Shown: positions 10,415 to 19,676 of the stretch, one piece after another
Position numbering within the stretch: the stretch's first letter is position 1
Layout of the letters: every line of letters begins with the position of its first letter
Origin: Alphaproteobacteria bacterium
GTDB taxonomy: Bacteria; Pseudomonadota; Alphaproteobacteria; Bin95
Direction of reading: 5' to 3'
Length of the DNA: 64,000 nucleotides
NCBI GenBank assembly: GCA_963665325.3
Contig: OZ224045.1
Location: 2,400,001 to 2,464,000 of the forward strand
Notes under the pieces: model-generated
The model's input: only the letters and a program-made list of their open reading frames with translations
Databases searched by the model: none
What the model was told of the DNA's origin: nothing
Translations under genes and position numbers: made by a program

Positions 10415-11239
10415 ATGACTTACGAGACCATAGAAGTCCGTCCGCTGACTCCGACCGTCGGCGCAGAAATCCACGGCGTCAACCTCGCCGAACCGATGGG
10501 GAACCACCAGTTCACCGAAGTCCACGATGCGCTGATGCGCCATGAGGTGATTTTCTTCCGTGAGCAGGAGATGACGCTGGATCAGCACAAGGATTTCGGC
10601 CGGCGGTTCGGGGAACTGCATATCCATCCCTTCCGGCCGGGTCCCGAGGGCCATCCTGAGATCCTCCGGATCCACACGGACGCCAATTCGACCCAGATCG
10701 CGGGCGAGGCCTGGCATTCGGACGTCTCCTGCGACCCCGAGCCGCCATTGGGATCGATCCTGCATCTGCACACCGTGCCGGAAGAGGGCGGCGACACGCT
10801 GTTCGCCAGCATGGCGGCGGCCTATGACGCGCTGTCGGAGCCGATGAAGGAGTTCCTCGGCGGGCTGACCGCCATTCACGACGGCACGCGGAACTATCGC
10901 GACCGCAGCGCGCGTGACGGCAGGGAAGACACCAAGGTCTATCCGCGCGCCGAGCATCCGGTGATCCGCACCCACCCGGTGACCGGCAGGAAGACGATCT
11001 TCGTCAATCCCGTGTTCACAGAGCGGCTGAAGGACATGCCGCGCGACGAGTCGGACGCGATTCTGGGGTTCCTCTATCGGCACAACGCCAAGTCGAAGTT
11101 CCAGGCGCGGTTCCGCTGGCAGGCGAACTCTGTGGCCTTCTGGGACAACCGCAGCGTCCAGCATCTGGCGATGTGGGACTACTATCCAAATGTGCGGTCC
11201 GGCAACCGGGTGACGATCCAGGGCGACCGCCCGTTCTGA
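10415..11239 (+). CDS. TauD/TfdA-family Fe(II)/2-oxoglutarate dioxygenase
   Basis: WHSDVS, GGDTLFA, HPVIRTHPVTG, WDNR-QH; SD GAGGAG. Confidence 0.92.
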   Translation: MTYETIEVRPLTPTVGAEIHGVNLAEPMGNHQFTEVHDALMRHEVIFFREQEMTLDQHKDFGRRFGELHIHPFRPGPEGHPEILRIHTDANSTQIAGEAWHSDVSCDPEPPLGSILHLHTVPEEGGDTLFASMAAAYDALSEPMKEFLGGLTAIHDGTRNYRDRSARDGREDTKVYPRAEHPVIRTHPVTGRKTIFVNPVFTERLKDMPRDESDAILGFLYRHNAKSKFQARFRWQANSVAFWDNRSVQHLAMWDYYPNVRSGNRVTIQGDRPF

Positions 11240-11260
11240 CCGGAAAGGGCGCCCCGGCAA

Positions 11261-11335
11261 TGGCTGGGGCGCCTGGATTCGAACCAGGGATCGCGGGATC
11301 AAAACCCGCTGCCTTAACCACTTGGCTACGCCCCA
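11261..11335 (-). tRNA. tRNA-Gln (anticodon TTG)
   Basis: Minus strand reads TGGGGCGTAGCCAAGTGGTTAAGGCA-GCGGG-TTTTGAT-CCCGC-GATCCCTGGTTCGAATCCAGGCGCCCCAG-CCA, a full cloverleaf with encoded CCA. Confidence 0.96.
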
Positions 11336-11423
11336 CCGCAGTGCCGCCCTTATAGCGCCGGCCGCCGGGACCGCAACTGTCACGGGCGTGCGGGACAGGG
11401 CGGCTGGGAGGAAGGAGGCAACG

Positions 11424-12221
11424 GTGCTGACGGATGCCGAGATCGAAGCCTATCGCCGCGACGGCTATGTCGTGCCGGCCGGCTTCCGCCTCGATGACAA
11501 TGAGATCGAGACCCTGCAATCCGCTGTCGAGCGGGTGCTGAGCGACAATCCGGATGCCGAGCCCGACCGGATCATCAACCCGCATCTGGATCGGGGCCGC
11601 CCCTATCGGCTGCGCGGCAGCCGCGCCTTCCATGCCATCGTGCATGACGGCCGGATCCTCGATATGGCCGAGGCGGTCATGGGTCCCGACCTCGTGCTGC
11701 TGTTCACGCATCTCTTCTGCAAGACGCCCCGGAGCCGGCGTGTCGTTCCGTGGCACCAGGACGGCCCTTTCTGGCCGGTCGAGCCGATGGCCTCCTGCAC
11801 GGTCTGGCTGGCGCTCGACAAGGTCGATGCCGGCAATGGTGCGATGCGGGTGATTCCCGGCTCGCACCGCGAGCCGTACCGCCGCCACGAGCTGGTGGAC
11901 GATCCCGACTCGACCCTGAACCGGGAAATACCGCGCCCGGATATCGACGAGAGCGCGGCGCACACGATCGAGCTGGAACCGGGACAGGTATCGGTCCACG
12001 ATATCGGCATCGTCCACGGATCGGCTGCCAATACCTCCGGGCGCCGCCGCGCGGGGTTCGCCATGCGCTACATGCCGGCGACGAGTTGCGTCCACCGCCG
12101 GATCGAGAACGCCGCGGCGGATTGGGGAGACCTGCCGGTGGAACTGGTGCGCGGCCGGAACCGGCACCCGGGCACCGACTTTTCGCTGGGCGATTTCGGC
12201 GAGCCTTGGCCGGCGGGGTGA
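11424..12221 (+). CDS. Phytanoyl-CoA dioxygenase (PhyH) family protein
   Basis: LT-AEIEAYRRDGY, PWHQD, NGAMRVIPGSH, HGSAAN-S-RR; SD AAGGAGG before GTG. Confidence 0.9.
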   Translation: MLTDAEIEAYRRDGYVVPAGFRLDDNEIETLQSAVERVLSDNPDAEPDRIINPHLDRGRPYRLRGSRAFHAIVHDGRILDMAEAVMGPDLVLLFTHLFCKTPRSRRVVPWHQDGPFWPVEPMASCTVWLALDKVDAGNGAMRVIPGSHREPYRRHELVDDPDSTLNREIPRPDIDESAAHTIELEPGQVSVHDIGIVHGSAANTSGRRRAGFAMRYMPATSCVHRRIENAAADWGDLPVELVRGRNRHPGTDFSLGDFGEPWPAG

Positions 12222-12480
12222 GGCGCGCCGCCGGCAGCCTGCGAACGGCGCCCGCCATATTCGGAGCATCGCTACGGAAGCGGTACGGCAGAGTGCGGTG
12301 CGGTTGGAGAAACCGGCCTCGGTAGGGGGTCGGAAACTCAATTCCTGGCCTGCGGAAGGGGCGCATGGGAGAAACGGGCGGAAAAGGCAGGCTGCGGCAC
12401 AGGCCCACTCCACCCGACTGTCTCTCCGGGGTGGCCTCCTTGGGCCGGACAGATTCATGCGGCGTTCCTGACCGGGTTCC

Positions 12481-14103
12481 ATGAAATACGGTTCATTGTC
12501 CTGCGATTATCTGGTCGTCGGGTCCGGCGCAGCGGGCGCCGTGGTCGCCGCACGGCTTTCGGAGGACCCGGACGTTTCGGTCATGCTGCTCGAGGCAGGC
12601 GGGCGCAACGACAGCCTGCTCCTGCGCCTCCCCGGCCTCGGGTTCGCCGCTGCGAACCATCCCAAGTTCAACTGGAGCTTCAGGGCCGACCCGGTTCCCG
12701 GGATGGAGAACCGCGAACTCACCTGGCTCCAGGGACGGGTGCTGGGCGGTTCGAGCAGCATCAACGGCATGATCTACACGCGGGGCCATTCCCGTGAATA
12801 CGACATCTGGCGCCAGATGGGCTGCGCCGGCTGGGCGTTCGAGGACCTGCTTCCCTATTTCAGGCGCTCGGAAGCGAACGAGCGCGGCGACGGGCCGTGG
12901 CACGGCGGGGCAGGCCCCGTGCGGGTGCGGCGCGCCCGGCCCGGCCTGCCGATCTGCGAAGCGTTTCTCGGGGCGGCGGCAGAGGATGGGTTCCCGGTCC
13001 TCGACGATCTCAACGCCGACGCGGGGGAGGGGTTCGCCTTCTATGACATCAATGCCGGCGGCGGGCGGCGCATGAGTACGGCGACGGCCTATCTCGAGCC
13101 CGCAGCATCGCGGCAGAATCTCGACATCCGCACCGGCGCCACTGCGTTGCGGGTCGTCATCGACGGGGGGCGGGCGTCCGGCGTCGAGGCTCTCATCGGC
13201 GGCAGGCAGGTCTGCATCTCGGCCCGGCGGGAGGTCGTCCTTTCCGCCGGCGCGATCAAGACACCGCAGTTGCTGATGCTATCCGGCATCGGTCCGGCGG
13301 ATGTTCTTTCGTTGCACGGCATTCCGGTTGTCCAGGACGCGCCGAATGTCGGCCGCAACCTGCAGAACCATGCCTGCTATCGGCTGCAATATCTCTGCAA
13401 TGCGCCCGTATCGGCGAGCCGGCATCTCCGCCCGCACAACGCCGTAGGGGCGGCGCTGCGTTACGCGCTGTTCCGGACCGGCCCGCTCGCGGAGACCTAT
13501 GCCGTCGCCGGCGGCTATTTCCGGACCGACCCGGCGCTCGAAGTCCCGGATGCGCAGGTCGTGCTGCTCTCTGCGCTCGGGCCCGCAAGGACCGGCGGCG
13601 CCACCTTCCGTATCCGGGACCTGATCCCCGACCGGCACGGTTTCGGCCTGACGGTCTATCAGGGTTCTCCCCGCAGCAGGGGCGCCGTATCGCTGCGCTC
13701 GGCGGACCCGCTCGACCGGCCGCGGATCGAGGCGGGCTATTTTTCCGACCCCCGCGACATGGAAGTCCTGGTCAAGGCCGTGAAGCGGATGCGGGGCATG
13801 ATGCGGCGCCCTGCAATCGCGAAATATATTGACCGGGAGTTGTTGCCGGGCGAGGCCGTCGCGGACGACCGCAGCCTGGAAGCGGACGTTCGGCGCAACG
13901 GCGCAACCGCCTACCACCAGTGTGGAACATGCGCGATGGGGCCAAGAGAGGATTCCGTCGTGGACTCCGAACTCCGGGTGCGCGGCGTCGAGGGCTTGAG
14001 AATCGCGGACACGTCGATCATCCCGCGAATTCCGAATGCGGCGCTGCATGCGCCCGCGATCATGATCGGGGAAAAGGCGGCAGCGCTCGCCAAGGGGGAA
14101 TAG
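12481..14103 (+). CDS. GMC-family FAD oxidoreductase (choline dehydrogenase-like)
   Basis: GSGAAG, GRVLGGSSSINGMIY-RG, HQCGTC, LRVRGVEGLRIAD. Confidence 0.92.
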   Translation: MKYGSLSCDYLVVGSGAAGAVVAARLSEDPDVSVMLLEAGGRNDSLLLRLPGLGFAAANHPKFNWSFRADPVPGMENRELTWLQGRVLGGSSSINGMIYTRGHSREYDIWRQMGCAGWAFEDLLPYFRRSEANERGDGPWHGGAGPVRVRRARPGLPICEAFLGAAAEDGFPVLDDLNADAGEGFAFYDINAGGGRRMSTATAYLEPAASRQNLDIRTGATALRVVIDGGRASGVEALIGGRQVCISARREVVLSAGAIKTPQLLMLSGIGPADVLSLHGIPVVQDAPNVGRNLQNHACYRLQYLCNAPVSASRHLRPHNAVGAALRYALFRTGPLAETYAVAGGYFRTDPALEVPDAQVVLLSALGPARTGGATFRIRDLIPDRHGFGLTVYQGSPRSRGAVSLRSADPLDRPRIEAGYFSDPRDMEVLVKAVKRMRGMMRRPAIAKYIDRELLPGEAVADDRSLEADVRRNGATAYHQCGTCAMGPREDSVVDSELRVRGVEGLRIADTSIIPRIPNAALHAPAIMIGEKAAALAKGE

Positions 14104-14148
14104 CCGACATGAACGAACCGATACTCGAACCGGACCTGCCTCCGCCTC

Positions 14149-15462
14149 CTACGCGCCGACCAGATTTCCCCTGAGCGTCGTCGCCTCATATTCCCGGCGG
14201 AAGATGCCGCGCTGCTGGAGGATAGGAACCACACGGTCCACGAAATCCTCATAGCCGCCGGGCACGACCGCCGGGGTGACGTTGAAGCCGTGGCAGCCGG
14301 TCTCCCGCCAGATCGCCTCCAGCTCGTCCGCGACGTCCTCCGGCGTCCCCAGGAGCTGAGGAATGAGTCCCGCCAGGCCGGAAAGTCGGACGGCCTCGCG
14401 AAGGGAAATCCGCTCGTCTCCGAACATGCTCGACATCGCCTTGACGAGCCCTTGCGACGCCTGCGTGTCGACTTTCCGGAGCGGCCTGTCGATATCCACG
14501 GTCGCGAGATCGACGCCGAAGGTGCCGGATATGCGCGTCAGCGCCGCGTCGATGGGAATGCGCGCCAGCATCCCGTCCCTGCGCCGGACGGCTTCCTCAC
14601 GGCTGTCGGCGACGAACGGCTGGACCGCGAAGGTGACTTTCGGCTCGCGGGGGCCGCCGAGTTCGCGGGCCGTAGTGCGGATCTGCGTCATGAAAGCTTT
14701 CATGCGCTTCAGGTCCGGCTGGATGGAAAAGATGACATCGGCATGGGTGACTGCGAATTGTTGCCCCCGCCCCGAGGATCCGGCCTGGAAGAGCACTGGC
14801 CGCGCCTGCGGGGAAGGCAGAACCGAAGGCGTAGCGCGGCAACGGAAATACCGCCCGTCATGCGCGATCTTCCGAATCCTGGAAGGGTCCGCCAGCACGC
14901 CGGCCGACCTGTCCGCCAAAACGGCGTCCGGCGGAATGCCCTGCCAGAGCTTGTAGCAGACCTCCATATACTCGTCGGCCCGGTCGTAGCGCTCGTCATG
15001 GTCCATCACGTCGAGCCCGAGCGCCCGGTGCTCGGACCTCGCATTGCCGGTGACGATGTTCCACCCGACCCGACCGCCGGTCAGGTAGTCGAGGCTGGAG
15101 AGGGACCTTACGGTCAGGAACGGGTGCTGGCTCGCGACGGAGACGGTGGCCGCAATGCCGAGATGGCGGGTCGCCGCTCCCATGACACCGATCAGCGCAA
15201 CCGGATCGTGCGCCGGCCAGCTTACGCCGTGCCGGACGGCGACATCGGTCGTGTCCTTGTAGAAATCGTAAACGGCGGGCACGTCGGCGAAGAACAGGCC
15301 GTCGAACCGGCCGCGCTCCATCGTCCGGGCGAGGTCCTGCCAGTGCTCCATCGATCCGAAGCCGTCGATCTGCCGGTCTTCGGGGTCGGCCCAGCTGAGC
15401 GTCATGTGGTTGATGGGCGTGTACATCATGAAGCCCAGCAGATGCATTCTGTCTGCCGCCAT
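14149..15462 (-). CDS. NtaA/DszA/SnaA-family FMN-dependent monooxygenase
   Basis: ERGRFDGLFFAD, LDYLTGGRVGWNIVT, HDERYDRADEY, PVLFQAGSS, TLRGNL. Confidence 0.9.
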   Translation of the reverse strand: MAADRMHLLGFMMYTPINHMTLSWADPEDRQIDGFGSMEHWQDLARTMERGRFDGLFFADVPAVYDFYKDTTDVAVRHGVSWPAHDPVALIGVMGAATRHLGIAATVSVASQHPFLTVRSLSSLDYLTGGRVGWNIVTGNARSEHRALGLDVMDHDERYDRADEYMEVCYKLWQGIPPDAVLADRSAGVLADPSRIRKIAHDGRYFRCRATPSVLPSPQARPVLFQAGSSGRGQQFAVTHADVIFSIQPDLKRMKAFMTQIRTTARELGGPREPKVTFAVQPFVADSREEAVRRRDGMLARIPIDAALTRISGTFGVDLATVDIDRPLRKVDTQASQGLVKAMSSMFGDERISLREAVRLSGLAGLIPQLLGTPEDVADELEAIWRETGCHGFNVTPAVVPGGYEDFVDRVVPILQQRGIFRREYEATTLRGNLVGA

Positions 15463-15481
15463 CGACCGAGCCTTCCAGGGC

Positions 15482-18400
15482 TTACCCGCCGGGCCTTCCG
15501 TAACCGCCGGCGCCGCTTGTGCGGATGCTCACCACGTCGCCGCGCTTCAGCGTGCGGATTTCCTTGGAGCCGAGCCGCTCCCCATTGCCGTCGGGATTGA
15601 GCACCGTCTCCCCGAGTGCGCCGGGCTCGCCGCCGAATACGCCATAGGGCCGGCTCTCATGCCGGTCGCCGAGCAGCGTCAGCACGCCTTCGCCGGCCAG
15701 AAGCTCGATATCCTTGCGCAAGCCGCTGCCGCCCTTGTGCCGGCCCGCGCCGCCCGTGCCGTCGAGCAGTTCCACCCGGTGTATCAGCACCGGCAGATTG
15801 GTCTCATGCACTTCCACCGGAATGTTGGAGCAGTTCATCACGGGGCTGAGGCCCTCGGGCCCGTCGCTGTCCGCCCGGCCGCCATAGCCCGCCAGGATCA
15901 GGTCATAGAAGACGTAGGGCTTGCCCGTGCGGTCATCGATCCCGCCGATATTGGGATTCGACCAGTGGCTGAAGGCGCCCATCGCACGCTCCGGCATGGC
16001 CTGCGCCATGGCGCCGTTGATGGTATCGAAAATACGGACCTGCAGCGCGGCCCGGCCTCCAGACGGGGCGGGGAACTTCGGATTGAAGAAACTGCCTTCC
16101 CGCGCCGCCAGCCTTATCGGTCGCATCGCGCCCGCATTCTGCGGGCTGAACGGGTCGCAGAACACCTTGACCGCGAAATATGTGTAGGCGCGTGTGTAGT
16201 TGATGTAGCTGTTGATGGCGGCCGGCACCTGGTCCGAGGAGCGGGAGAAATCGACCGTCACCTCCGCGCCCTCGGGCCCCTCGGCGAAGGTGATGTCCAC
16301 ACCGAAATGGATCGGCGCCGTGCCGGGGCCGTAATCGTCCATCTGATCGTCGAAGCTGTAGGTGCCCGGCGGCACGCTTGCCAGCGCGGCACGCATGCGG
16401 GCTTCGCTGCGGTCGAGAATGTCGTCGAAGGACTGCTCGACAACTGGCCGGCCGTGGTCTCTGAAGAGCTGCCGGAAGCGCTCAGCAGCGGTCAGGTTGG
16501 CGGTGTGCTGCGCCATCACGTCGCCGCGGACCTTCTCCGGCACGCGGGTGTTGGCAAGCACCATCGAAAGGATGTCGCGGTCGATCTGCCCCTCGCGGCA
16601 GAAGCGCACCGGCAGGATGCGGAAGCCCTCCTGGAACGATTCCGTCACGCCGTGGACTTTCTGCGAGCCCGGCGCGGCGCCGCCGACATCCATCTGGTGG
16701 GCCGACGCGGCGACATAGCCGAGCAGGTCGTTTCCCTCGAAGACCGGCATGACCTGGAAGAAATCCGGGAAATGGCCGGAGCCCATCCAGCTGTCGTTCA
16801 TCAGGATGCTGTCGCCGGGCTTCAGCGTCTCGGGCGGATAGGCCTCGGTCACATGCCGGATGACGAAGGGCATGGAGCCCAGATGGCCCGGTGAGAAATT
16901 GCCCTGCGCGATCATCCGGCCTTTTGCATCGAACACGGCGGTGGAGAAGTCGTCGCCTTCGCGCACCGCCTCGCTGAAGGCCGTGTGCCGCATGGTGGTG
17001 CCGAGTTCCTCGGCGATGGAGACGACGGAGTTCCAGATGACGGTGAAAGTGATGGGGTCGATCGACACCTCTACCGCCTTGGCGCCGCTGCACGGGCCGG
17101 CGGTGGTGGGTCTGGCCCGGTCTTCCGGTTCCTGTTCGGACGCCACCTGCTCGACGTCGATCAGCAGGTGGCCGCCCGGCCCAAGCCGTGCGCGGTCGCC
17201 CGGTGGGATGACGGTCGTCGCCTCGGCGTCCTCCACGATGGCCGGCCCTTCGATCAGGGTGTCTGGGCCGATGGCCTCGCGTCGCCAGATCGCCGTCTCC
17301 GTGATGCCGCCCGCTTCGGGGAACCAGGCTCGCCTCATGCCCGGCGGCTCGCCAATCGGCCGTGCATCGGCTTCTACGGCGGATACGTCCCGCGAGCCCG
17401 GAACCACGGCCGCCAGCGCCCAGTCCACGCCCTCGACCCCGCTTGCCGGGTCTTCCGTGCGGTAGCGGGCCTTGTAGGCGGCGCGGAACGCAGCCTCACA
17501 GGCGCCGATATAGCCTTCGCCGATCCTGCCCGCCGGCAGGTCCACGTGGATTTCGAAGCCCTGGCCGGTATGGCGCATATAGGCGAAGCGCCGGAACTCC
17601 GGCTCCGATGCTTCGGGCAGGCGGGCCAGATCTTCCGCCAGCCGCGCCTCAAGCTGTGCATAGATGGCGGCGATGTCCCCGGGCGCCGCCTCGTCCAGAC
17701 GTAGCAGGCGGGTGACGGATGCATCCAGCCGGCTCTCCGCGGCCAGCATGCCCACGGCCGAGCCGACGCCGGCGGCCCTTGGCACCACGACCTGCCGGAC
17801 GCCCAGCGACCGCGCGATCCGCGCCGCATGCAGCGGCCCGGCTCCGCCGAATGCCACGAGCGCGTATTTGCGGGGGTCGCGGCCGCGCTCCACCGAAACG
17901 ACGCGCAGCGCATGTTCCATATTGCCGGTCGCGACCAGATGGACGCCCCAGGCGGCCTCCGCTGTGGACAGGCTGAGCGGTCCGGCGACATGGCGGCGGA
18001 GCGCCGCCTCGGCCTGGGCCGGGTCGAGCGCCATCGCGCCGCCGTTGAAATAGGCGGGGTTGAGGTAGCCGAGGGTGAGGTTCGCGTCCGTCACCGTAGG
18101 CCGCAAGCCGCCGATGCCGTAGCAGGCGGGGCCGGGGTCCGCGCCCGCGCTTTCCGGCCCCACCCGGATGGCGCCGTCCACGGCCGCGGCGACGGAGCCG
18201 CCGCCCGCGCCGATCTCGATGAGCTCGACCGCCGGCACATTGATCGGCAGGCCGGAGCCCTTCTTGAACCTGACCGGATCGATCTCGAACACCGGCGCAA
18301 TCGCCGGCTCGCCTCCGTCGATGGCGCCGAGTTTTGCCGTGGTGCCGCCCATATCGAAGCTGAGCACGCCGTCCGCGCCGATGTCCCGGCCGATCCGCCC

Positions 18401-19228
18401 CGCGAGCAACACGCCCGCAGCCGGGCCGCTCTCGACAATGCGGACGGGGTATTCGCCTGCCAGCGCGGGCGAGACGAGCCCGCCGTTCGACTGCATGATG
18501 GAAAGTTCGGCCGACGAGCCGGCAGCTGCGAAATCCTCTGCGAGCCGGCGCACATAAGCGCCCACCAGGGGCTTCACGAAGCTGTTCGCGACCGTGGTGT
18601 TGGTGCGCTCATATTCTCTGAGCTTCGGTGAGACATCGACCGACAGGCTGAGCGCCGCGTCGGGCACGCGCGCGGCGACGGCCCTGCCCACGGCCCGCTC
18701 ATGGGCGGGGTTGGCATAGGCGTGGAGCAGCGCCACCGCGACGGCCTCGTAGCCGTCCTCAGCGATGCGCTCCAGAACCAGGGCAAGCTCTTCCTCGTCG
18801 AGCGGCTCCAGCACCTCGCCCTCGAAGGTCACCCGCTCCCGCACTTCGAAAATCCGGTCGCGGGGAATCAGCGGGTCCGGCTTCCGCATGTGGAGGTCGT
18901 AGGTTTCGTAGCGTTTCTGCCGGCCGAGGATGAGTACATCCCGGAAGCCGCGCGTTGTAATCAGCGCCGTCTTCGCCCCGCGCCGCTGGATGATGGCGTT
19001 GGTCGCGACAGTCGTTGCGTGGAGAACCTGCCCTATGCCGTGCGCGCCCGCTCCGGCCTTTTCGAGCAGCGCCGGCAGGCCGTTCCGGACCGCTTCGGAA
19101 GGGTCGGCGGGCGTCGAGGGAACCTTGTGGACCGCAACGCGGCCCGTCGCCTCGTCGCGAAGCACGAAGTCGGTGAAGGTACCGCCAACATCGATTCCCA
19201 TTCGGTAGGCGGGTTTCTTGTCAGTCAT
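15482..19228 (-). CDS. Fused hydantoinase/5-oxoprolinase A+B subunits
   Basis: N-half: DVGGTFTD, ESGPAAG, DMGGTT, GAGGGS, GPESAGADPGP. C-half: DPITFTVI, DFST, GHFPD, GAGGYG. Confidence 0.9.
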   Translation of the reverse strand: MTDKKPAYRMGIDVGGTFTDFVLRDEATGRVAVHKVPSTPADPSEAVRNGLPALLEKAGAGAHGIGQVLHATTVATNAIIQRRGAKTALITTRGFRDVLILGRQKRYETYDLHMRKPDPLIPRDRIFEVRERVTFEGEVLEPLDEEELALVLERIAEDGYEAVAVALLHAYANPAHERAVGRAVAARVPDAALSLSVDVSPKLREYERTNTTVANSFVKPLVGAYVRRLAEDFAAAGSSAELSIMQSNGGLVSPALAGEYPVRIVESGPAAGVLLAGRIGRDIGADGVLSFDMGGTTAKLGAIDGGEPAIAPVFEIDPVRFKKGSGLPINVPAVELIEIGAGGGSVAAAVDGAIRVGPESAGADPGPACYGIGGLRPTVTDANLTLGYLNPAYFNGGAMALDPAQAEAALRRHVAGPLSLSTAEAAWGVHLVATGNMEHALRVVSVERGRDPRKYALVAFGGAGPLHAARIARSLGVRQVVVPRAAGVGSAVGMLAAESRLDASVTRLLRLDEAAPGDIAAIYAQLEARLAEDLARLPEASEPEFRRFAYMRHTGQGFEIHVDLPAGRIGEGYIGACEAAFRAAYKARYRTEDPASGVEGVDWALAAVVPGSRDVSAVEADARPIGEPPGMRRAWFPEAGGITETAIWRREAIGPDTLIEGPAIVEDAEATTVIPPGDRARLGPGGHLLIDVEQVASEQEPEDRARPTTAGPCSGAKAVEVSIDPITFTVIWNSVVSIAEELGTTMRHTAFSEAVREGDDFSTAVFDAKGRMIAQGNFSPGHLGSMPFVIRHVTEAYPPETLKPGDSILMNDSWMGSGHFPDFFQVMPVFEGNDLLGYVAASAHQMDVGGAAPGSQKVHGVTESFQEGFRILPVRFCREGQIDRDILSMVLANTRVPEKVRGDVMAQHTANLTAAERFRQLFRDHGRPVVEQSFDDILDRSEARMRAALASVPPGTYSFDDQMDDYGPGTAPIHFGVDITFAEGPEGAEVTVDFSRSSDQVPAAINSYINYTRAYTYFAVKVFCDPFSPQNAGAMRPIRLAAREGSFFNPKFPAPSGGRAALQVRIFDTINGAMAQAMPERAMGAFSHWSNPNIGGIDDRTGKPYVFYDLILAGYGGRADSDGPEGLSPVMNCSNIPVEVHETNLPVLIHRVELLDGTGGAGRHKGGSGLRKDIELLAGEGVLTLLGDRHESRPYGVFGGEPGALGETVLNPDGNGERLGSKEIRTLKRGDVVSIRTSGAGGYGRPGG

Positions 19229-19557
19229 TTTCCATTATCTACCAATGCTTTACGATGTGTATCGTATCACCTGCACAGGAAGCATCCAGTTCGCCCGCAA
19301 TTGTACCGTAAGCGGATTTTCCTCAACTCTGAGTCCAGCGCACCATGGGCGCATTCTGTCCTTGGCAACTTCCTGCACGAGCCATCCTGCACATGCCGCC
19401 TCGGCCCTTCGCGCGTCGTTGAAGTGGGTAGTGCAGGGTACGAGGTTGCGGGCCAAGGTATCAAGCGGTCGGCAATTCTTCCGATGTGGGCCTGACCTGT
19501 CCCCGAGGCGCTTCTCTTCCGGTTCTGCGGTGTAGTTACTCCCCTGGTTGAAGACGG

Positions 19558-19582
19558 TGGCTGGTTTGCTCCGCCGTTGACA
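19558..19582 (-). mobile_element. Orphan IS21-like terminal inverted-repeat remnant
   Basis: Minus strand TGTCAACGGCGGAGCAAACCAGCCA resembles IS21-family ends; no istA/istB follows. Confidence 0.45.
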
Positions 19583-19641
19583 CCAGCACCGCCGGTATTG
19601 GCCGAGCCGCCAGGTCGTCCGAATAGGCGGGGCCACCTCAC

Positions 19642-19670
19642 TTGGGGAAGTTGCCCGCCTCTGTCATAAT
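19642..19670 (+). promoter_or_regulatory. Candidate sigma70 promoter for a leaderless smt transcript
   Basis: TTGGGG-N17-CATAAT with extended -10 TG; ATG lies 6 nt after the -10; no SD visible. Confidence 0.45.
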
Positions 19671-19676
19671 GCTCAC

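Noticed and set aside
11261-11335. tRNA-Gln as the island integration site
   Set aside because: No duplicated tRNA 3' end or integrase was seen, and the island starts about 8 kb away.
12222-12480. Possible riboswitch upstream of the GMC gene
   Set aside because: Only isolated short matches (such as GGAGAGAC on the minus strand); no complete motif.
19229-19557. ORFs of 105-128 aa at the left island edge
   Set aside because: No recognisable family in any frame; probably decayed foreign DNA.
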